From contig OZ241841.1 of assembly GCA_965202665.1 (NCBI GenBank), positions 1,696,001 to 1,760,000 on the forward strand: a stretch of DNA of 64,000 nt, in the 5' to 3' direction. Under the pieces are notes generated by a model. The model was not told where the DNA came from. It did not search any database and saw only the letters and a program-made list of their open reading frames with translations. Position 1 is the stretch's first letter. Every line of letters begins with the position of its first letter. This document shows, piece by piece, positions 47,818 through 57,405 of this stretch. The position numbers and the translations under genes were made by a program. This DNA is from Candidatus Spongiisociaceae bacterium. GTDB taxonomy: Bacteria; Actinomycetota; Acidimicrobiia; Spongiisociales; Spongiisociaceae.

Positions 47818-48562
47818 TGACAAGCAAAAGCCTCGTGAGAGGATAAGGATTCCTACGCCCAAGGAGTTAGACGAGTCCGCTACCGGTGGACAGTCGGAAC
47901 AGGATGAGCCTCAGGAGCAAAAGGGCGGTCGTGCCCGGTTCCGGCGGATCCGGATGCGGATGAGGGGAGGTGTGGGGCGGAACAAGAAAGTGCTAAAGGC
48001 TCCTCGACCTGATGTAGAGACAGTAGGGGAAGGTCCTCCGGATGGAAAAGACCCAGGAGATGTCGAGCCAGGTTTTATCGTCCCCTTATCTGAGCGGGTA
48101 ATAGGGGATGAAGGTGGTCAGATACAAGAAGAGGCTGTTCTTCCGAGGCAGATACCGGGACGGATCCAGCCGTTCAAGGACGAGTTTAGCGAAGAGGATA
48201 AACAAGAGGATTCTTCTAGATCGCGTGTCCGTGCTGTCAAATTCTCACCTAAGATTAAGAAAAGGAAAGAGGAACCGGTTCCTGATGATGATGCAAAGAG
48301 GCCCAAGAGTCGTGAGGAGATAGCTCGGGATTTAGCTAGTCGTAATGCTCAAGAAAATGGTCATGATATAGGTGACTTTTTCAAGCAGGTTCGCCCAGAT
48401 CGCACTAAGCACTTTACAGCTACATGTAGAAAATGTGGTTTGGATATCATAGCTGTGGTGGAGCTTGATGATTATCAGGTAAAAGGACTTCCAGGAGTTA
48501 TCGGGAAGGCTAAAAACAAAAGATGTACAGAAGAAGTTAAGAATAGAGGAGTCGGTCTTTAG
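47810..48562 (+). CDS. Hypothetical charged/disordered protein with C-terminal putative Zn finger
   Basis: GGAGG RBS, overlaps the Hsp70 stop; GHDIG...ATCRKCG...KRC. Confidence 0.7.
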   Translation: MSDDKQKPRERIRIPTPKELDESATGGQSEQDEPQEQKGGRARFRRIRMRMRGGVGRNKKVLKAPRPDVETVGEGPPDGKDPGDVEPGFIVPLSERVIGDEGGQIQEEAVLPRQIPGRIQPFKDEFSEEDKQEDSSRSRVRAVKFSPKIKKRKEEPVPDDDAKRPKSREEIARDLASRNAQENGHDIGDFFKQVRPDRTKHFTATCRKCGLDIIAVVELDDYQVKGLPGVIGKAKNKRCTEEVKNRGVGL

Positions 48563-48593
48563 GCGATTCTTTGCGGACGTTTCGGGGGTTGGG

Positions 48594-49385
48594 TTATTCT
48601 TCGGGTACGTCGTAGAGTTGGGCGGCTAGGCCTCCGTCTACTACCAGGTTGACGCCGGATACGTAGCGGGCGTCGTCGGAGGCCAGATACAGGAACGCGC
48701 GGGCTATGTCGTCGGGGGCGGCTAGGCGGTTGGCGGGTACGGCCGGGAAACCCTGTTTGCGCCATTTGTCCATCAGTTCTTCGCCCACCAGGTCCACTGA
48801 CTGCTGGGTGTCGGCCGGGCCGGGGGAGACGCAGTTGCATCGAATGCCGTAGGGGGCGCATTCCACAGCGATGGCTTTGGCCAGGGCCGTCAGCCCCGCT
48901 TTGGACACGCAGTAGGGGGTGAAGTTGCGCCCATGGCCTAAAGCGGCGATGGAGGCGGTGAACAGGATGACCCCGCCCCCGGTGTCTTTCATCGCCCGGG
49001 CGGCCCGTTGCGCCAGCACGAAGTAGGCGTCCAGGTTGACCGCCAGCACCCTCCTCCACCCTTCCTGGCTGACTTCCAGAAAAGGGTCGTCCACCCAGGC
49101 GGCGGCGTTGGAAATGAGCGCATCCAGCCGGGGATGAACTTCCAAGGCCCGTTCCATCGCCGAGGCGCAGGCCCCCATGTTCTCCAAGTCGGCGAGGATG
49201 GGGACGGGGGCGGCTCCCCGCTCCGCGACCGACTCGGCCGCTTTTTCCAAGCGGTCGGGGGCCCGGTCCACCAGATAGAGGTTGGCCGCCCCTTCTTCGG
49301 CGAACAATTGGGCGGTGCGCAACCCGATACCGCTTCCCGCCCCGGTTACCAGAACGTTTTTACCTGTGAACCGTCGCCCGCTCAT
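48594..49385 (-). CDS. SDR family oxidoreductase
   Basis: TGAGSGIG, SNAA, YCVSK, VVDGG. Confidence 0.92.
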   Translation of the reverse strand: MSGRRFTGKNVLVTGAGSGIGLRTAQLFAEEGAANLYLVDRAPDRLEKAAESVAERGAAPVPILADLENMGACASAMERALEVHPRLDALISNAAAWVDDPFLEVSQEGWRRVLAVNLDAYFVLAQRAARAMKDTGGGVILFTASIAALGHGRNFTPYCVSKAGLTALAKAIAVECAPYGIRCNCVSPGPADTQQSVDLVGEELMDKWRKQGFPAVPANRLAAPDDIARAFLYLASDDARYVSGVNLVVDGGLAAQLYDVPEE

Positions 49386-49447
49386 CCGTCTTCTCCTATC
49401 CGGTTGCTGAGCAGATGCCCCCAGATTAGGCGACGGCGCGCCGGTTG

Positions 49448-49708
49448 TTATCCGCTCAGGACGGGAATTTCCACTTCGATGGCTTTGGGGAGTATCCGCC
49501 CGCCCGGTTCCAGCGGCGGCCCGCTGTAGCGTTGGGGCGGCGGTATGGGTTGGTTGTGTTCGGTCATGGCTTCCACGTAGAGGGCGGCGGCGTCCCCCAA
49601 GTCTTCCGTAACGTCGGCGATGGTAGCGCCGACGCCGTAGGCGGCCAGACCCACCACCCACCCGGACCAGCCTTCCGGCGTGGGCTCAATCACCGCATCG
49701 TATTTCAT
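49448..49708 (-). CDS. HicB-like antitoxin domain protein (orphan)
   Basis: Y.AVIE....GWSGWV..L...GVGATI......L.DA..LY pattern; GGAGG RBS. Confidence 0.7.
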   Translation of the reverse strand: MKYDAVIEPTPEGWSGWVVGLAAYGVGATIADVTEDLGDAAALYVEAMTEHNQPIPPPQRYSGPPLEPGGRILPKAIEVEIPVLSG

Positions 49709-49760
49709 AGAAATCCTCCGTTCCCTTCCCGGCTAGGCAACCCAACCATCCCAACCAAGT

Positions 49761-50465
49761 TCACACGACGCGCAGGGGCGGCGACGGTTGGGAAAAGTCG
49801 GGCGGGGGGGAGCCTATGGCTACGAACATCCGCTCGGCGGCGAACACGCCCACCCCGACGTCTTTTCCTTTAACCCGCACGGTGAGGGCCCCCTGCGGGT
49901 CTTTCTGCACCAACTCCACCAGGGCATGCGGCCGCAGGTTGCTTTCGTCCAGGTAGCGCATCATTTCCGCATCCAGTTCCAACTCTTCCGAAATGCGCTC
50001 CAAAGGGTAAACGTCCCCCGGTTCCATTTCCGCCATCGGTTTCATCCGGGGCGGTTTGTATCCGGCTCCGGGGATGGGGTTGCCGTGCGGACAGGTTTTC
50101 GGGTCGTCCATCACCGCCCACATGGCGGCCTCCACATCGTCGGAGATCATCGTCTCCCAAACTTCCGCCTCCTCATGCACTTTCGCCCAGGGCAGGCGCA
50201 GCACCTCCGACAGGAAACGTTCCGCCAGGCGGTGGCGGCGCACGATCACCGCCGCCATATGGCGCCCTTCCGGGGTGAGCCGTATTTCATCCCCGATCGC
50301 CACCAGGCCTTCCTGTTCCATCCGGTGCACCATTTCCGACACGCTGGCCCGGCTCACCCCCAGCCAGTCGGAGATGCGGGCCTGGATGACGGGAATGCCC
50401 GCTTCCTCAATCTCCCAGACGGCCTCGGCGTATTCCCGGTAACGAACGGGGTAGGTGGCGTCCAT
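49761..50465 (-). CDS. DtxR/IdeR-family metal-dependent repressor with FeoA domain
   Basis: LGVSRASVSEMV, RRHRLAERFL, VHEEAE.WE, CPHGNPIPG. Confidence 0.92.
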   Translation of the reverse strand: MDATYPVRYREYAEAVWEIEEAGIPVIQARISDWLGVSRASVSEMVHRMEQEGLVAIGDEIRLTPEGRHMAAVIVRRHRLAERFLSEVLRLPWAKVHEEAEVWETMISDDVEAAMWAVMDDPKTCPHGNPIPGAGYKPPRMKPMAEMEPGDVYPLERISEELELDAEMMRYLDESNLRPHALVELVQKDPQGALTVRVKGKDVGVGVFAAERMFVAIGSPPPDFSQPSPPLRVV

Positions 50466-50530
50466 GGGCCCATAGTAGCCGCCCCCGCCCCCCGACCGCC
50501 CCCAAAAGCCCGACGATAGGCCGCAGCCGA

Positions 50531-51823
50531 TCAGTCTTTGCCGGCCTCGTACATCCAGCGGTGACCGCCTTCAGCGGCCCGGAAGTTTGCGGTCCAGCCG
50601 CTGTCGGTCAGGAAGCGGTGGGCGGCCAGGGCGTAGATTTTGGCGGCCAGGGCGGGGCCGTCGGCGGACAGGTATTCGTTGGGGCTGTGCGCCCGGGGCA
50701 GCATTCCCGGCCCGAAGGCGGCCACGCACGGAATCCCGGCCGTCAACTGGAAATGGGGGGCGTCGGTGGCCCCCGGAAAGGCGTCCAGCCGGGGGGTTTC
50801 CCCCAGCACGTCCCGGGCGGCCGACAGCAAAGTCCCCACCACCGGATCCCCGGCGCTGATTTCGGTGGCGGGCACCATCCCCACCAGGGTCAGTTCGGCG
50901 TCCAACTCCGGGTCGTCGGCCTTCGCCGCCGCCAGAAACCGCTCAATGTCGGCCCGCATCTCCTCTTCGGTCATTCCGGGCAGGGTGCGGATGTCGCAGG
51001 CGAATTCCCCCCGCCCCGGATAAACCCCGAAGAAAACCCCCCCGGACACCATCACCCCCACGTTCACGGTGGGGGCCGGGCACAGGGGATGCGGTTCGTA
51101 GGTCAGATAGGACAGCAATTCCCGGTCCATCCGTTGGATGAGCCCCGCCATTTTCACGGTGGCGTTCACCCCTTTGATGCGGTCGGAGATGGAAGAATGC
51201 ATTTGCGTGCCCCGCACCGTCACTTTCAACAGGCACGCCCCCCGGGAAACCAGATGCAGGGACTCCCATTCTTTTTCCACCCCCGCCGGTTCGCCGATGA
51301 TGGCCGCGTGGGCTTCCAACAACCCGTTTTCGGCCAGCCATTGCGCCCCCAGGGCCGACCCGGCTTCTTCGTCGGCGGTGAAAACCGCGGTGAGCCGCCC
51401 CGGACGGCCGGGGTGGGCGGCTATCGCCCCCATGGCGTACACGATCCCCGCCACCGCCGCTTTCATATCCCCCGATCCCAAGCCGATCAGGTCTTCGCCC
51501 CGCACCACCGGATCCCACGGGTCGGTTTCCCACGCTTCCATGTCCCCGGCCGGTTTGGTGTCGATGTGGCCGGACAGCATCAGGGTCGGCCCTTCCTCGT
51601 CCCCGTCCACCTGCGCGATCAGGTTGGGCCGTTTTTCTTCCGCCCCCGCCCGCCGCACTTCGGTCACGCCCAAGTCGGCCAGCCGGGAGGCAACCAGTTC
51701 GGCCACCGCCCTTTCGTCCCCCGGCGGGTTGGGGGAGGGGACGGCGATCAGGTCGCGGGCGAACTGCAGGATTTCGCCTTCCCGTTCTTCCAGGTAGGCC
51801 AGCAGGTTGCGTTCGACGGTCAT
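50531..51823 (-). CDS. M20 family metallopeptidase (ArgE/DapE-like)
   Basis: SGHIDT, GSGDMK, DEEAGS, IGEP, GATDA, AHSPNE. Confidence 0.9.
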   Translation of the reverse strand: MTVERNLLAYLEEREGEILQFARDLIAVPSPNPPGDERAVAELVASRLADLGVTEVRRAGAEEKRPNLIAQVDGDEEGPTLMLSGHIDTKPAGDMEAWETDPWDPVVRGEDLIGLGSGDMKAAVAGIVYAMGAIAAHPGRPGRLTAVFTADEEAGSALGAQWLAENGLLEAHAAIIGEPAGVEKEWESLHLVSRGACLLKVTVRGTQMHSSISDRIKGVNATVKMAGLIQRMDRELLSYLTYEPHPLCPAPTVNVGVMVSGGVFFGVYPGRGEFACDIRTLPGMTEEEMRADIERFLAAAKADDPELDAELTLVGMVPATEISAGDPVVGTLLSAARDVLGETPRLDAFPGATDAPHFQLTAGIPCVAAFGPGMLPRAHSPNEYLSADGPALAAKIYALAAHRFLTDSGWTANFRAAEGGHRWMYEAGKD

Positions 51824-51966
51824 GGGGCCTCCATTCCGGTCGCGGGCGGTGAAACAAGAATAGTATCAGGCGGGGGGCGGGGCCCGTCCTCCGCCCAAAG
51901 GCCGGCCCCGAACCGTCGGCCCGGCCCCGGCCCGCATAGTTCCCGCCGTAGATTAAGGAGGCGACA

Positions 51967-53712
51967 ATGTCCGACGCGCCCGCTTTTTCCGTTGAAAAGA
52001 TGCCCGGTTGGGAGGTAACCGTGCAACGGGACGTCCCGGCGGCGATGCGGGACGGAACCACCCTGCGGGCCGATGTCTACCGCCCGGCGGCCGACTCCGA
52101 CCTGCCGGTGCTGCTGATGCGCACCATCTACGACAAACGTTCCGGCATTCCGGTGTTCGGCAGCGCCCATCCGGCCTGGTTCGCCGCCCGCGGATACGTG
52201 GTGGTGGTGCAGGACTGCCGGGGCCGCTTTTCTTCGGAAGGCAAGTTTTACCCTTATCAGCACGAGATTGAGGACGGATACGATTCGGTGGAGTGGGCGG
52301 CCCGGTTGCCCGGTTCGGACGGCAAAGTGGGGATGATGGGGTTTTCCTACGTGGGGGCCACCCAACTGCTGGCCGCCATCGCCCGCCCCCCGTCCCTGGC
52401 TTCCATCACCCCCGCTTTCACCGCCTCCCAGTATTACGACGGCTGGACCTACAACGGGGGCGCCCTTTCTTTGGCGTTCATCGGCTACTGGGCGACTTTG
52501 CTGGCTTTGGAGGAGGCCCGGCGGGCGGGCGATTTGGAGGGCCGCCTGCAGTTGGAGGCCGCTTTGGGCGGGGCTCCGGTCTGGTTCTGGTCGTTGCCGG
52601 TGGCCGGATATCCGCCTTTGCAGAGCCCCCACGCCGGTTTCTTCAAAGACTGGGTGGAGCATTGCGCTTACGACGACTACTGGCGGCGGTGGAGCATCGA
52701 CGAGGATTACAGCCGGGTGGAGGTTCCCGCCCTGCATCTCGGCGGCTGGTACGACGTGTTCCTGTCGGGGACGGTGCGCAATTTCACCGGCGTGTCGCAG
52801 TCGGGGGGCGGCTCGGCCCGCGGCCGGCAGAAACTGCTGGTGGGCCCGTGGGCCCATATGCCGTGGACGCCGGTGGGCCGCTTCGGCTCGGGGGACGGCC
52901 CGTCCACCCGGGAGATAGACGACTGGCTGATCCGCTGGTTCGACGCCACTTTGAAAGGGGCCGACAACGGGGTGTTGGACAGCCCGGTCACCTTGTTCAC
53001 TTTGGACGGGGGGCGGCGGGACTTCGACGCTTGGCCTCCGCCGGGGACGGTGATGGAAGACTGGTTCATCCATTCCGGCGGGCAGGCCAACTCCAAGTTC
53101 GGGGACGGAACTTTGGACCGCACCGCCCCCGGCGACGAACCGCCCGACTTGTACGTGCACGATCCGGGGGTGCCGGTTCCGTCGCAGGGGGGCCATTCCT
53201 GCTGTTTCGACCATATCACGCCGATGGGGCCCGCCGACCAGCATGCGGCGGAGGTGGGGCGGACGGTGCTGGTCTACACTTCCGAACCGCTGGAGGAGGA
53301 CGTGGAACTGGCGGGGGAGGCCCATGTCACTTTGTTTGCGGCCACCACCGCGGCGGACACCGATTTCACCGCCCGTCTGTGCGTGGTGGATGCGGCGGGG
53401 CGGTCGGTGAACCTGCAGGAGGGGATTCTGCGGGCCCGCTACCGGGAGTCGCTGTCTTCGCCTTCTTTGCTGACTCCGGGGGAGGTCTATGAGTTGCGAA
53501 TTGAGTTGGGGCCGCTGGGGGCGCGGGTGGAGGCCGGTTCCCGCCTGCGGTTGAACATCGCCTCCTCCGATTTCCCGCAGTGGGATCGCAATCTGAACAC
53601 GGGGGCCGTTCCGCTGACGGACGGGACGTTCGACGCCGTTCCGGCCACGCAGACGGTGTTGCACAACCGCTCCTATCCGACGCGGGTGACTTTGCCGGTG
53701 CTGCGCTCTTGA
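51967..53712 (+). CDS. CocE/NonD family hydrolase
   Basis: MRDGTTLRADVYRP, QDCRG, GFSY, GGWYD, GPWAH. Confidence 0.92.
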   Translation: MSDAPAFSVEKMPGWEVTVQRDVPAAMRDGTTLRADVYRPAADSDLPVLLMRTIYDKRSGIPVFGSAHPAWFAARGYVVVVQDCRGRFSSEGKFYPYQHEIEDGYDSVEWAARLPGSDGKVGMMGFSYVGATQLLAAIARPPSLASITPAFTASQYYDGWTYNGGALSLAFIGYWATLLALEEARRAGDLEGRLQLEAALGGAPVWFWSLPVAGYPPLQSPHAGFFKDWVEHCAYDDYWRRWSIDEDYSRVEVPALHLGGWYDVFLSGTVRNFTGVSQSGGGSARGRQKLLVGPWAHMPWTPVGRFGSGDGPSTREIDDWLIRWFDATLKGADNGVLDSPVTLFTLDGGRRDFDAWPPPGTVMEDWFIHSGGQANSKFGDGTLDRTAPGDEPPDLYVHDPGVPVPSQGGHSCCFDHITPMGPADQHAAEVGRTVLVYTSEPLEEDVELAGEAHVTLFAATTAADTDFTARLCVVDAAGRSVNLQEGILRARYRESLSSPSLLTPGEVYELRIELGPLGARVEAGSRLRLNIASSDFPQWDRNLNTGAVPLTDGTFDAVPATQTVLHNRSYPTRVTLPVLRS

Positions 53713-53740
53713 ACGGGGGCTCCGTTGCGGAGGGGGGCGG

Positions 53741-55153
53741 ATGATTCCGGTTTTGACCGCCGGGCAGTCCCGCAGCCAAGATTCCGCGACGGCGGCGCCC
53801 CCGGAGATGTTGGTGGAACGGGCCGGGCGGGCGGCGGCTTTGGCGGCGGTGCGGCTGGGGGCCGGTTACGGGACGCGGACCGCGGTTCTGGCCGGGCCGG
53901 GCAACAACGGGGCGGACGGATACGTCGCGGCCGGGGTTTTGGCCCGCCGGGGGCTGTGGGTGGATGTTTACCCGTTTTTGGAACCGCGGAGCGCGGCGGC
54001 GGCACAGGCCGGGGAGCGGGCGGCGGCCGCCGGGGCGAAGTTTCGCCCCTGGGGGGTTTTCCGCCCCGCCGATACGGTGGTGGACGCCCTGTTCGGGGGC
54101 GGTTTCCGGGGGGAGGCGCCCGACCTGTCTTTCTGGCGGGCGGGGGGAGGGCGGCGGTTGGCGGTGGACGCCCCGTCCGGTTTGGATGTTTCCACCGGTT
54201 GCGCGGCGCCGGGGACTTTGCCCGCCGATGCGACCGTCACGTTCGGCGGCCTGCGGGTGGGGCATCTGATCGGGGACGGCCCCGGCCTGTGCGGGGAGGT
54301 TGCGGTGGCCGACATCGGGTTGGCGGAGGCGGAGCCGGAGTTTTGGCTGTGCGAGGAGGGGGACGCGCCTTTGCCGGCGCGGGAGCGGACGGCCCACAAG
54401 TGGTCGGCCGGTTCGGTGCTGGTGGTGGGCGGTTCGCGGGGTTTGGACGGGGCGGCCACTTTGACCGCTAGGGCCGCGTTGCGGGCCGGGGCGGGGGCGG
54501 TGATGATCGCCTGCCCGCCCGCGGTGGAGGAGAAGGTGCGGGCCCCGGAGATTATGACCCGGGCGGTGGGGCCGGGCCCTTTCCTGGGGGAGGGGTGCCT
54601 GCCGGAGGTTCTGGAGTTAGCGTCCCGGTTCGACGTGCTGGCCCTGGGTCCCGGCTTGGGTTTGGATCCGTCGGCGGCCGGTTTCGCGGCCGGGCTGCTA
54701 AAGGAATGGGAGGGCCCGTTGCTGGTGGACGCCGACGGTTTGAACGTTTTGGACGGTCCGGCTTCGCTGCGGCGGACGGCCCCGACCGTCATCACCCCCC
54801 ACGCCGGGGAGTTTCTAAGGCTGACCGGGACGGAGGCTGATTACCGGGCGGCGGCCGCTTTGGCGGAGAGCGCCGGGGCGGTGGTCCTGCTGAAAGGGTC
54901 CCCCACTTTCGTGATGGGGGAGGGCCGGTGGGCGGTGGCGGAAGGCGGCCCCGAGTTGGCCACTATCGGATCCGGCGACATCCTGGCCGGAATGATCGCC
55001 GCTTTCTGGGCGGCTGGCCAAGACGCCGAAACCGCCGCCCGCTCCGCCGCCTTCTGGCACGCCCGTTCCGCCGCCGTTTTAGTCCAAACCCAAACCCCCA
55101 CCGCCGACTCCCTGGTGAACCACCTACCCAAAGCTACCCGCCGCCCCACCTAG
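53741..55153 (+). CDS. nnr: Bifunctional NAD(P)HX epimerase/dehydratase
   Basis: GPGNNGADG, DALFG, VDAPSG, GPGLG, DADGLN, TPHAGE, LATIGSGDILAG. Confidence 0.92.
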   Translation: MIPVLTAGQSRSQDSATAAPPEMLVERAGRAAALAAVRLGAGYGTRTAVLAGPGNNGADGYVAAGVLARRGLWVDVYPFLEPRSAAAAQAGERAAAAGAKFRPWGVFRPADTVVDALFGGGFRGEAPDLSFWRAGGGRRLAVDAPSGLDVSTGCAAPGTLPADATVTFGGLRVGHLIGDGPGLCGEVAVADIGLAEAEPEFWLCEEGDAPLPARERTAHKWSAGSVLVVGGSRGLDGAATLTARAALRAGAGAVMIACPPAVEEKVRAPEIMTRAVGPGPFLGEGCLPEVLELASRFDVLALGPGLGLDPSAAGFAAGLLKEWEGPLLVDADGLNVLDGPASLRRTAPTVITPHAGEFLRLTGTEADYRAAAALAESAGAVVLLKGSPTFVMGEGRWAVAEGGPELATIGSGDILAGMIAAFWAAGQDAETAARSAAFWHARSAAVLVQTQTPTADSLVNHLPKATRRPT

Positions 55154-55248
55154 GCGCACTCGGCCGGGAGGGGGTCTCCGGGATGCATGGCAACGCAAGG
55201 TCGTCAGCGGGGGGTTCGGTTTCTTCTCCGCCGAGTGTTCCGAGCAGG

Positions 55249-55677
55249 CTATCGGCGGGTAATCCGGGTTCCGGCGGAGCGGCGGCGTTCCCGCCCCGGA
55301 GGGTTCGGGTTTTCACCGGCCGGTTCCCCCGGTTGTCGGTTGTAGTAGATAGCGCGGAGGGCGTATCCCCCGCCGGGGCGTATCAGGTCGGCGAGCCCTC
55401 CGGCGCGGATGGCGTCCGTCAGCCGTTCGGCGATAGGCGGCGGGAAACTATCCCAGGGTTCCGAACCCTCCGGTTCGGCGACTAGCAGATAGTGGTCGGT
55501 TCCCCCGCAGTCCGCCGGCAGGCGGGTAACCATTACCGCCGAGCGGTCGGAGTCGCCGGGTAGCCTTCCCGCGGACGCAACCCAGGTCCCCGCCCGCAGG
55601 GGCGGAGGGGCGGGTAGTTCCGCGGTGTCCACCGGACGAGGCTCGGCTGGTTCCGCCGGTCGCAGTTCGGTCGACAT
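55249..55677 (-). CDS. Hypothetical protein (mobile-element-like)
   Basis: 142 aa ORF with AAGGGA RBS; no motif recognised. Confidence 0.5.
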   Translation of the reverse strand: MSTELRPAEPAEPRPVDTAELPAPPPLRAGTWVASAGRLPGDSDRSAVMVTRLPADCGGTDHYLLVAEPEGSEPWDSFPPPIAERLTDAIRAGGLADLIRPGGGYALRAIYYNRQPGEPAGENPNPPGRERRRSAGTRITRR

Positions 55678-55753
55678 AAACCGTCCCTTCGTTTCTATCC
55701 GTCCCGGGGGTATTCCCGCCGGGGGTTCGTCCTCCGTTATCAGGTTACGCGAG

Positions 55754-56014
55754 TTAGTCCTCCTCCGGGCGTAACGCCGCTAACCACGCCGCCTGCCATT
55801 CCGTCCAACTCCGTCGTTCGTCCGCCGTTATCGTCCGGAGGTTATACGCCGAATGTACGAGTATCTGAGCCCACTCCGCCCGGAATATTCGTTCCGCTGT
55901 CCGAGCGTCCGTCCTTTCCCGGAGTTTGGTCAAGAACCATCGCTCCAACGCCGCCACATAATCGGCATCAGTCCGCGCCGCCGCCGCGGCGGACGGGTCG
56001 TGGCGGTTCGTCAT
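55754..56014 (-). CDS. Hypothetical protein (mobile-element-like)
   Basis: 86 aa helical ORF with GGAGGG RBS. Confidence 0.55.
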   Translation of the reverse strand: MTNRHDPSAAAAARTDADYVAALERWFLTKLRERTDARTAERIFRAEWAQILVHSAYNLRTITADERRSWTEWQAAWLAALRPEED

Positions 56015-56246
56015 CCGCTACCCCCTCCGTCTGAACGGGTTGGCCTACTAACCAGGAACGAGCAGGCAGTGGCGGAACAGACCCTGCCGTGAAACATATG
56101 CCACAAGCAAAAAGGGGCCTCTGACCTGCGATTACGCCCAAATACAGCACCGCAAAGGCCTAACGGATTGGACAACCCAGATCAGCCTGTGTATAATTTG
56201 GACTGCGACCGAACGGATACGGATTAGGGAAAGGCAGACACAGACA

Positions 56247-56723
56247 ATGATGGCAATGATGGGCAGAACGGTTTCCTGCTTGTTGTCCAGTGTTATGTTC
56301 TGGACTGCTCTGTCTGTTCCTGGTGGACAGGACGCTGATGATCTGCCTGCCTGCGGACACCCAGAATGTTATCCAACATTTTGTCAGGTGTTTAACGATC
56401 CTGATAATGTCCATGATAAGTTAAAAATGTTGTCTAATGAACATAAAATACAGATTATCAGTTTCCTGATAAGTGTCCGTAAATATAGGGATAAACTAAA
56501 ACGCTATCCAATACAAAACTTGGAAAATATTCTGTATGAAATATTACGACAGTCAGTTGACGCAAATAGCATATCTGCTTATATCAGACAACAGAATATT
56601 GGAAATGACAAAGTAACAAAAATACTGTGGTATACTATAGACTTACCAGGTGTCAGGTTGTCTATAATAGATAACCCAACGGCTGAACAACTGATAATAT
56701 TAGATATAGATTTGGATAATTAA
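56247..56723 (+). CDS. AT-rich hypothetical protein (start 56247 or 56427)
   Basis: 158 aa ORF; 3' half strongly AT-rich. Confidence 0.5.
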   Translation: MMAMMGRTVSCLLSSVMFWTALSVPGGQDADDLPACGHPECYPTFCQVFNDPDNVHDKLKMLSNEHKIQIISFLISVRKYRDKLKRYPIQNLENILYEILRQSVDANSISAYIRQQNIGNDKVTKILWYTIDLPGVRLSIIDNPTAEQLIILDIDLDN

Positions 56724-56748
56724 AACAACAGAGCAGAGGAGGAAAACA

Positions 56749-56982
56749 ATGGAAGATAATCCGTCTGCCGCTAGCACTATGGCAGATAACATCTATCAGG
56801 CCATCCAGGAACAGGTCAGTCAGGCTCTGGATGATGTCCTGGATAGGGTTATCCGGGATGCGGGCACTGATGTGGAAATCAGGGCCGCCCGTCCTGCTGA
56901 TGAATGTCCTGCCTGCCACAGGACATTAGACCCGGAAACCAGCAGGTCTGTTCTGACCAGTCAGGCTGATAACGCTGCCTGA
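56749..56982 (+). CDS. Small hypothetical protein with CxxC
   Basis: GAGGAGG RBS; CPACH motif. Confidence 0.6.
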   Translation: MEDNPSAASTMADNIYQAIQEQVSQALDDVLDRVIRDAGTDVEIRAARPADECPACHRTLDPETSRSVLTSQADNAA

Positions 56983-57405
56983 CATTCCAGAGCCTGGTCT
57001 ATCCAAGCCTGATATGCAGAAATGCTGACCTGTGGTCAAGAGCCTGCTGAAATCCAATCGGACAGGCACAGGCCTGCGGGCAGTGTTTCCAGGATAGCCT
57101 GGTGCCTGTCCAGGTCTGACCATTCCCGAGCTGCCGTCGCAGGTCTGCCAGAGCCTGTTTCCTGCTGTTTTTGGGGTGGGGTCCTCCATTATGGTTTTGG
57201 TGGGGTTGGATAGGGTTGAGGTGGTAGGGGCGGAGGAGACGGGCCGGGCGGTTGACGGGGGCGGGGGCGGGCGGCGGCGTTGTGGGGGATGGGGGCTTTG
57301 GTGGGACTATAATGGGCGTTAAGGCGCCGGATTTGGCGACGGCGGTGTTATTCTGCCGTTTCAACCCTCGGGGTGACGGGGGCGGGCCGCAAGTACGGAG
57401 GAAGC

